Shown: positions 24,070 to 30,503 of the stretch, one piece after another
How positions within the stretch are numbered: position 1 is the stretch's first letter
Layout: each line of letters begins with the position of its first letter
Source of the DNA: Candidatus Falkowbacteria bacterium
GTDB lineage: Bacteria; Patescibacteriota; Patescibacteriia; Patescibacteriales; Patescibacteriaceae
Reading direction: 5' to 3'
Length of the DNA: 38,664 nt
NCBI GenBank assembly: GCA_037130845.1
Contig: JBAXSE010000013.1
Span: 1 to 38,664 of the forward strand
Made by a program: the position numbers and the translations under genes
The notes under the pieces: generated by a model
Database searches by the model: none
What the model was told of the DNA's origin: nothing
The model's input: only the letters and a program-made list of their open reading frames with translations

Positions 24070-26706
24070 ATGAATGTTGCACAATTAAACACAGAAAAGC
24101 GTCTTGCTACGGCTATTATGCCTTGGAAAGACATCAGCATCGGTTCGGCCGCTATTGTTTCTAGCACTATCGCTAATAGCGGTATTTTTACTTCTACCCA
24201 AACCTTTAAGATTCAAGTTCCGCTTAGTGTTAACGAAAGCGTAACCAGGGATTATGACGGTTATCGCTTGCCAATGGACAAGCTGGACGAAGACGGAGTA
24301 ATCCGAGTCGGCGAGAGCGTCGCCTTGGGTGATGTGCTGGTTGCCATGATTGAATATGATCCACGAGAGTATCAGCCGGAAGAAAAATTGCTCAAAGCAA
24401 TTTTTGGCGACGGTGCTACTAACGTGACCGATCGTTCGGTTACCATGTCTTTCCCTGATCCTGCTATAGTCTATAGCGTCGAAAAAAAACTCGAAGGCAA
24501 AAAAAAGCTGGTGACTGTTTATCTGGCCTTTAAACGTAAACTACGTTTGGGTGATATTCTGGTCGATAGCAAAGGTAACCAAGCAGTTGTCTCGGCTGTT
24601 GTTGCTGATAATGAAATGCCTTATCTGAAAAGCTCGCAAACCAGAGCTCAAATAGTGGTTACGCCGCTCACTGATTGCGGCGAAACGATGGTAGATCATT
24701 TGGATAAACAAAGGCTGGTTGTGGTATATGATACCGAAGATCCCAAGTTTATCCTGATAGCGCCGCCGCTTGATAGGCCAAGCAAAAATAAGAAGTGGTT
24801 ATGCAAAGATGAAGAAGCGCGTTTTGGGGCTATCGCTTGGAAAAAATTAGAACTATTGTCCGGTCAAAAGAATATCGGTTATGGCGTTCAAAGTAGATTG
24901 CGCAACGATGCCCAATTGGTGGATGGCATCAAGATCCGCCAAGAATTTATCACAAGCCTGTTGCATTACAATCTGCCGGCTGTAGCCAGAGAATTTTTGA
25001 CCGTCAAGTCTGACGATGCCAAAGGCTACGGCGATACTGTACAAGCTATTATTAATGGATGGTCTTTGCCCGCAGCGGCTGCTCCGGCTTCGCTAAAGCG
25101 CTATGAAGCGACGATCAAGGCAATGGCCTTGACTATCGGAGTCGATAACGGCAGTAGGCAAGTCGGCTTACTTGATGGCTATAATTATCCCAACCAGGAT
25201 TTGCCAGGTATTGGCGTTTCTTTGTGGGTAACTCCGCAATCAGAGATTTTGGCTCAGTCCCACGGTGAATTGACCGGTGTTGATTATATGGATGATGCTA
25301 TCAAGCAGGCTCAAGGGAAAAAGAAAACAGACAAGATAGAAGTCGGTTTGTTCAGCCAACGCATTTTCGGCCCTCTACGGGATTATGAATGCGCTTGCGG
25401 TAAATACAAGCGAGTCCGCTATAGCGGCATCGTCTGCGATCGTTGCGGTGTCTTGGTAGCGCAAAGCTCTGTGCGCAAAGAACGTTTCGGCCATATCAAC
25501 CTGGCTTTGCCTTGCGTGCATCCTTTGTTCGAAAAAGCAGTTGCCGAGTTATATAAGTCGATCGATTACACGAACACTCCGCAATATTTTGAAGAGCTGA
25601 TCGAAAAAAACTTTGATCTAGAAAAAGCCGATTATCTTTTTGAATGTTCCGAGATAATGAAAAAGTTATCGTTGCCCGAACAGCAGATTCTTAATGTCAT
25701 CCCGGTCATGCCGGCCGGTTGGCGTTCCGATTGGATGTCTTATACTAGCAGTTGGACAATGGATTTAAATTATCTATATAGCAGATTAATGACTCGTAAC
25801 AATCGATTGACTCGATTAATCGACATCAAAGCTCCTTGGATGATTATCTCCAATGAATATCGAATGCTACAAGAGGCTTTGTCTGAATTATTTAATTGCA
25901 CTCATTTGGGGAGTGAGACTCCGCCTGTCGGATTGATCCATAGCCTGCAAGCAGCCGGTCGCAATCTTTATGACAAAAAGGTTAGTTATTCCGGACGTGC
26001 GCTGGTTATCCCAGATGACCGCCTGGCAATCGACGAATGCGTTTTGCCTAGAACTCTGGCAGTCAGATTGTTTGAGCCTTTTGTGCTTCAGCGCTTGATG
26101 GCATCGCCGCCGGAAACTCCTTGCGACCCGATTTGGGACGATTCTTATCCGGATCTGCCTCCTATCTTGGCAGATGTAGTAGTAGATATTGCCGCTGGCA
26201 ATAAGACTACAGTCGATCTAAAGAAGATTGATGAAGATGAAGCTAGAGCTTATCCGGGCTATACCTACAAGACGGCTAGTGGAATGGTTAAAAATAACCA
26301 CCCCGAAGCATTGGAAAAGCTGGAAGCGATTGTTGGCGATAGGGTTGTCCTATTGAGCTCTGTCAGTCAGATAGAATTTGCCGGTTTTTGTCCACGTTTA
26401 AGTAACGAAGAAGTCATCAGACTTCATCCGCAGGCTATTAAGCTTCTTGGTATTTCTCTGGGTAAGGCTGGCAAGGCGTTAGTCTATCTACCCTTGTCTG
26501 ATGATGCTCAAGCGGAAGTCAAAGGTGTTATGTGCGGCCAAGAATGGTCGTATGTTCCTCAGACTCCGAGCGTTGGATATAGCTCTGTTCTTAATAGTAA
26601 TCTCAAGCATCTTGTTTCTAATCCTTGGTTGGATCAACCGGAGCCGGAAACCTGCAAATGGTTGCTATCCTTAAATGATCGATTTTTGCTCAATTATAGC
26701 AAATAG
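24070..26706 (+). CDS. RNA polymerase beta (C-terminal third) / beta-prime (N-terminal third) fusion-like protein lacking catalytic motifs (pseudo-RNAP)
   Basis: 878-aa ORF, AAGGAA SD. Beta-like blocks: PEEKLLKAIFGDGATNVTDRSV, VYLAFKRKLRLGDILVDSKGNQAVVS..EMPY, FLTVKSDD. Beta-prime-like blocks: GLFSQRIFGPLRDYECACGKYKRVRYSGIVCDRCGV, VIPVMPAGWR, LYSRLMTRNNRLTRLIDIKAP..ISNEYRMLQEAL, VSYSGRALVI, LPRTLAVRLFEPF. There is no NADFDGD; the aligned segment is LGISLGKAGKALVYLPL. Confidence 0.85.
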   Translation: MNVAQLNTEKRLATAIMPWKDISIGSAAIVSSTIANSGIFTSTQTFKIQVPLSVNESVTRDYDGYRLPMDKLDEDGVIRVGESVALGDVLVAMIEYDPREYQPEEKLLKAIFGDGATNVTDRSVTMSFPDPAIVYSVEKKLEGKKKLVTVYLAFKRKLRLGDILVDSKGNQAVVSAVVADNEMPYLKSSQTRAQIVVTPLTDCGETMVDHLDKQRLVVVYDTEDPKFILIAPPLDRPSKNKKWLCKDEEARFGAIAWKKLELLSGQKNIGYGVQSRLRNDAQLVDGIKIRQEFITSLLHYNLPAVAREFLTVKSDDAKGYGDTVQAIINGWSLPAAAAPASLKRYEATIKAMALTIGVDNGSRQVGLLDGYNYPNQDLPGIGVSLWVTPQSEILAQSHGELTGVDYMDDAIKQAQGKKKTDKIEVGLFSQRIFGPLRDYECACGKYKRVRYSGIVCDRCGVLVAQSSVRKERFGHINLALPCVHPLFEKAVAELYKSIDYTNTPQYFEELIEKNFDLEKADYLFECSEIMKKLSLPEQQILNVIPVMPAGWRSDWMSYTSSWTMDLNYLYSRLMTRNNRLTRLIDIKAPWMIISNEYRMLQEALSELFNCTHLGSETPPVGLIHSLQAAGRNLYDKKVSYSGRALVIPDDRLAIDECVLPRTLAVRLFEPFVLQRLMASPPETPCDPIWDDSYPDLPPILADVVVDIAAGNKTTVDLKKIDEDEARAYPGYTYKTASGMVKNNHPEALEKLEAIVGDRVVLLSSVSQIEFAGFCPRLSNEEVIRLHPQAIKLLGISLGKAGKALVYLPLSDDAQAEVKGVMCGQEWSYVPQTPSVGYSSVLNSNLKHLVSNPWLDQPEPETCKWLLSLNDRFLLNYSK

Positions 26707-26715
26707 AAACCGAAG

Positions 26716-26746
26716 CCTCTCCGACGCCATGTCTGGGAGGTTTTTA
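26716..26746 (+). terminator. Rho-independent terminator of the RNAP-like gene
   Basis: Stem cctctccgac (26716-25) / gtctgggagg (26731-40), 9 of 10 pairs including one G-U, followed by ttttta. Confidence 0.6.
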
Positions 26747-26752
26747 TTTGCC

Positions 26753-26781
26753 TTGACTGGATTAATATCTTGTAATATGAT
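26753..26781 (+). promoter_or_regulatory. Sigma70-type promoter
   Basis: TTGACT (26753-58), 17-nt spacer, TATGAT (26776-81). Confidence 0.45.
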
Positions 26782-26830
26782 AGCGCTAAATATGTTATTA
26801 GAGTTCTTTTACTAATTTGGAGGATGGGGC

Positions 26831-27154
26831 GTGATACATTTGTTTAATTTGCATAATAAATCGACTTCTTTTGCTTGGGAGTGGTATATAGAGCGTTTGA
26901 TGCTGGTTTTGCCAATCTGGATAGTGATGGTGCTGGTTGGCATCTATGGAACCGTTTGCTATTTTCAAGTCGATATAAACCATCTGGAGAAGTATAGGGG
27001 AGACGTAAGTAATGTCCATTTGATGCTGATATTAAGCCTGGTAATCCCGACCCTAATCTTTGCTATCGACCTGCCAATCTCATATTATCTGGCGAAACGC
27101 AAAGAAAAAAGCCGTGAAAACTTAATCGAAGTTGCGCCCAAAAGCCAAAATTGA
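26831..27154 (+). CDS. Small membrane protein (107 aa, 2-3 TM), hypothetical
   Basis: GTG26831 lies 7 nt after GGAGGA. Hydrophobic helices LMLVLPIWIVMVLVGIYGTV and LMLILSLVIPTLIFAI. Confidence 0.55.
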   Translation: MIHLFNLHNKSTSFAWEWYIERLMLVLPIWIVMVLVGIYGTVCYFQVDINHLEKYRGDVSNVHLMLILSLVIPTLIFAIDLPISYYLAKRKEKSRENLIEVAPKSQN

Positions 27155-27161
27155 ACCGTTA

Positions 27162-27192
27162 ATATAGCTGAATCAAGTAAGCTATATTTTTT
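27162..27192 (+). terminator. Rho-independent terminator
   Basis: 8-bp stem atatagct (27162-69) / agctatat (27180-87), followed by tttttatttt. Confidence 0.6.
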
Positions 27193-27270
27193 ATTTTTGC
27201 GTCTGCTCTGGACATTTTTTCAATTATCTGTTATGATTTAGCGATTAACAATACTAAGTATACATATTAT

Positions 27271-28722
27271 ATGGCCGAAGAAGTAATTTTGCGTTTCGAC
27301 AATGTCGATTTTGAATATCAAGAGAAAAAGCCTATCCTGGATAGCGCTTGTTTCAGCTTGCGTCGAGGCGCCAAAGTTACGCTGATGGGCCAGAATGGGG
27401 CCGGTAAAAGCACGATTTTTGGCCTAATCCGCGGGGAACTCAAGCCCAAGAATGGTAATGTGGCCATAGGCAAGGAGACTAGCGTTGGCACCGCCAGACA
27501 GATGATTGCCCGCGAGGACCTGCCTTTGAGCGTGGAAGAATACTTCGCCCGTGCCTTTAATCCCGTGCCCTACAACTTGCCGGCTCGTATCGCCAAAGTG
27601 ATGGATGCGGTAAACCTGCAGGTGCCGCTAGACCGCAAAGTAGGTGAGTTGAGCGGGGGACAGCAGGCTCGTTTGCTCTTGGCCTATGCCTTGATTGAGG
27701 ATCCTGACATCCTGCTTTTGGACGAGCCGACCAACAACTTGGACAAGGCTGGCATTGATCATCTGGTCGCCTTTTTAATCATGTATGACAAGACAGTGGT
27801 GGTTATCTCTCATGATGCAGACTTTTTAAACTGTTTTACCGAAGGCGTCATTTATCTGGATATCTTTACCAAGCAGACCGAAATCTATGTCGGCGACTAT
27901 TATACGGTGACCGAAGAGATCGCCAAGCGGGTAGAGCGTGAACAGAAAAAGAACGCCCAGCTGGAAAAGACCATCCTGGACCGCAAAGAAAAGGTCAACT
28001 TTTTCGCCAATAAGGGCGGTAAGATGCGCAAGCTGGCCAAGAAGATGCGCGATGAGATTGAGGAGTCCGAGGAAAATATGGTGGATGTTCGCCGCGAGGA
28101 CAAGACTATTCGCCGTTTTACCATTCCGGCTCAGGATATCACTGGCGCTATTGTGGATATTAATTCATTCAAAATAATCGTCAATCACGAACCGGTGCTC
28201 AAGCACAAGGAAGTGGTGTTACGTATGGGGCAAAAGATGTTGATCTCCGGCCCCAATGGTATCGGCAAGAGCACATTTTTGCGCTCCTTGGTGTCGGGCA
28301 AGAGTGAAGGCGCCAGCATATTGCCGGAGGTTAAGATCGGTTATTATAGCCAGGACTTTGCCAATCTGGATTTCGACCAGACCGTATTTGCTTCTCTCGA
28401 GAGTCTGATTGGCGATGGCTGCGACGTGCAGGATATGCGTTCTATTGCTGCCGGCTTCTTGATTACCGGCGACCTGATGGGTCATCTGGTAGGCGATCTA
28501 TCTGAAGGGCAGAAAGGTCTTTTGTCCTTTGCCCGCCTAGTGATGATGCGTCCCGGCCTGCTGATTATGGATGAACCGACCAATCATATTAATTTCCGCC
28601 ATATCCCGGTAATTGCCGAGGCTTTGGACAAATACGAAGGCGCGCTGATTATGATCAGTCATATGCCTGATTTTGTAAAAGAAATTAAATTTAATGAGTT
28701 TATTGAATTGGATAGATTATAA
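27271..28722 (+). CDS. ABC-F family ATPase (two ABC domains, no transmembrane domain)
   Basis: Walker A GQNGAGKST and GPNGIGKST; signatures LSGGQQ and LSEGQK; Walker B ILLLDEPTNNLD and LLIMDEPTNHIN; charged inter-domain linker (EREQKKNAQLEK...). Confidence 0.88.
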   Translation: MAEEVILRFDNVDFEYQEKKPILDSACFSLRRGAKVTLMGQNGAGKSTIFGLIRGELKPKNGNVAIGKETSVGTARQMIAREDLPLSVEEYFARAFNPVPYNLPARIAKVMDAVNLQVPLDRKVGELSGGQQARLLLAYALIEDPDILLLDEPTNNLDKAGIDHLVAFLIMYDKTVVVISHDADFLNCFTEGVIYLDIFTKQTEIYVGDYYTVTEEIAKRVEREQKKNAQLEKTILDRKEKVNFFANKGGKMRKLAKKMRDEIEESEENMVDVRREDKTIRRFTIPAQDITGAIVDINSFKIIVNHEPVLKHKEVVLRMGQKMLISGPNGIGKSTFLRSLVSGKSEGASILPEVKIGYYSQDFANLDFDQTVFASLESLIGDGCDVQDMRSIAAGFLITGDLMGHLVGDLSEGQKGLLSFARLVMMRPGLLIMDEPTNHINFRHIPVIAEALDKYEGALIMISHMPDFVKEIKFNEFIELDRL

Positions 28723-28727
28723 TTAAA

Positions 28728-28832
28728 TTTTATCCCTGCGAAGGCAGGGATCCTGGACCCGTTTTTTTATTTTTATCCCTGCCCGCCAAAGGTCGGGTTG
28801 ACTCCGGCAGGCTTGCCTCCCGTGAGGGAGAG
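28728..28832. repeat. Cluster of small GC-rich hairpins (REP-like) that includes the ABC-F terminator region
   Basis: 12-nt direct repeat ttttatccctgc at 28728 and 28771. Hairpins atccctgc/gcagggat (28732-51), cctgcc...ggcagg (28778-28811) and ctccc-gtga-gggag (28817-30). T-runs at 28762-68 and 28843-48. Confidence 0.55.
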
Positions 28833-28873
28833 ATTATTAACCGTTTTTTGTTCATTAATTAATAGGAGTTTGT

Positions 28874-29524
28874 GTGAAAATGCATCAAGCTGATATCAAT
28901 TTGTTTTACAGCTGTTTTTACTCACTTGGTCTTGATAGTCGTGACAAAGGCTTTGCCGCTTTAGCCGAGTATGTAGTGAATACTTATGCTGAACCGGGCA
29001 GGCATTATCACGATTTCGGGCATATTGGTAAGATGTTGAATGTTTTGGATCAATACTTACCCGAAGCAGATAGTTTGGATGCTTTACGCATTGCGATATT
29101 GTTTCATGATCTAAGGCAAGGCCATAAACACGAGCGTGAGAGCGCTTCAATGGCTGGAATTTTGCTTAAGCCTTTCAACCATGTCTTAGGTCGAATGCTA
29201 ATCAATCGAGTTGCCGAGCTGATACTCGACACTGTCCACCCAGGCAACCCCACGACCAATGACGGCCAATTGATCCACGATATCGATCTGTATGGCTTCG
29301 GCCAGAGCTTTGAAGAGTGTCGAGATGCCAGCCGGGGAATACGATTGGAGTATGCCGATATGAATGATGAAGATTTCTATCAGGCGCAAAAAGGTTTCTT
29401 TGAACATCTATTGTCGCAAGACAGTATCTACAAGCATCCGAGCTTTGCCATCTTTGAAGACAAAGCCAGGAATAATCTCAAAAAGCTAATAAAGATCCTG
29501 CCGATCTTGAGTATAATGCCCTAA
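28874..29524 (+). CDS. HD-superfamily metal-dependent phosphohydrolase-like protein (COG4339-like)
   Basis: GRHYHDFGHIGKML...AILFHDL gives the H...HD metal-ligand pattern. GTG28874 lies 5 nt after GGAG (ATG28880 is the alternative). Confidence 0.6.
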   Translation: MKMHQADINLFYSCFYSLGLDSRDKGFAALAEYVVNTYAEPGRHYHDFGHIGKMLNVLDQYLPEADSLDALRIAILFHDLRQGHKHERESASMAGILLKPFNHVLGRMLINRVAELILDTVHPGNPTTNDGQLIHDIDLYGFGQSFEECRDASRGIRLEYADMNDEDFYQAQKGFFEHLLSQDSIYKHPSFAIFEDKARNNLKKLIKILPILSIMP

Positions 29525-29529
29525 AGTTA

Positions 29530-29554
29530 AGCCGTCCTAACCGACGGCTTTTTG
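29530..29554 (+). terminator. Rho-independent terminator
   Basis: Stem agccgtc (29530-36) / gacggct (29543-49), followed by ttttg. Confidence 0.65.
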
Positions 29555-29598
29555 TTATTTTCAAACTGAACATATTGTGTTATTATTATGTAAAAGAC

Positions 29599-29880
29599 AT
29601 GAAAAAAAATATCTTCACCAAGAAATTCGATATCTTTAATAAGATCGATCGATATAGCATGCGTGACGCCGGTACTGACCATTCTTTTTTAAATGAGCTG
29701 GTTGGCTTTTGTTTCGCGCCGCTATGGTACTTGCTTGGAGGTGGAAGTAAATTTTTGCAGCGGACGCTGAAAGGTAAATTGATTTATTCGCTTATTCCGT
29801 TGCTTGCGGCCATTATCGGTATTATTATTTTTTTAATTATTATCCTGGGTGCTTTATTAATAAGCAAATTTATAAAATAA
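29599..29880 (+). CDS. Small membrane protein (93 aa), hypothetical
   Basis: ATG29599 within ORF 29575-29880. C-terminal TM LIPLLAAIIGIIIFLIIILGALLI. Confidence 0.5.
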   Translation: MKKNIFTKKFDIFNKIDRYSMRDAGTDHSFLNELVGFCFAPLWYLLGGGSKFLQRTLKGKLIYSLIPLLAAIIGIIIFLIIILGALLISKFIK

Positions 29881-29890
29881 TTTTATATTT

Positions 29891-30256
29891 ATGATGAAGG
29901 AAACGAGCAAATCGCTCAAGGCATATTTTATGATTATCGGCGTGCTCGGAATGTTTTCTGGCATAATCGATGTTCTGGGTTCTCTTGACTCGATGAACGG
30001 TAAATTATTTTTTATTGGAGTAATCGAGTTGGTGATGGCTTTGCTATTTATATATTTTGGTTTTAAAATTGATCGATATCTGAGACGCTCGCCAAAAATT
30101 TTAATCGCCTTTATTGCTGTTGTGGTGGCGATCAGATGTGTCGTGGCTTTGTTGGGTAAGGGATATGCCGCAATCGTTGCCTCTTTATTGATTGGCTGGT
30201 ATCTAATCTATAATGTCAAGAAATTATCACTACTGGTTAAAGAGGTAAAAAAATAA
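29891..30256 (+). CDS. Small polytopic membrane protein (121 aa, ~4 TM), hypothetical
   Basis: ORF starts 10 nt after the previous stop. It contains four hydrophobic helices. Confidence 0.55.
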   Translation: MMKETSKSLKAYFMIIGVLGMFSGIIDVLGSLDSMNGKLFFIGVIELVMALLFIYFGFKIDRYLRRSPKILIAFIAVVVAIRCVVALLGKGYAAIVASLLIGWYLIYNVKKLSLLVKEVKK

Positions 30257-30503
30257 AACCATTGACACATAATAACTTTTGTGTTTTAGCATAAAAATGA
30301 GCAATAAAAATCGTCAATTATGGCGATTTTTTGTTTTTTTACAAAAAGATATTTGACAAAAATAACAAAATATATTTTGGATAAAATTATAAGCAAATGC
30401 TATTGACAATTAAATTAAATAGTGTTAACAAGGAGACAAACTATGAGTTATAGTGATTTTCGGCAATTTTGCCAAATGTACCTTTACAGCAAAGGAAGTC
30501 TAA

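Noticed and set aside
24070-26706. Interpreting the RNAP-like gene as the genuine rpoB or rpoC, or as a decayed pseudogene fragment
   Set aside because: It is too short (878 aa against more than 1100 plus more than 1200). It lacks the beta N-terminal two thirds, the beta-prime bridge helix and trigger loop, and the DxDGD motif, so it cannot be the housekeeping enzyme. The ORF is uninterrupted, with its own promoter, SD and terminator and selectively conserved blocks, which argues against a pseudogene. It is therefore reported as a divergent paralog.
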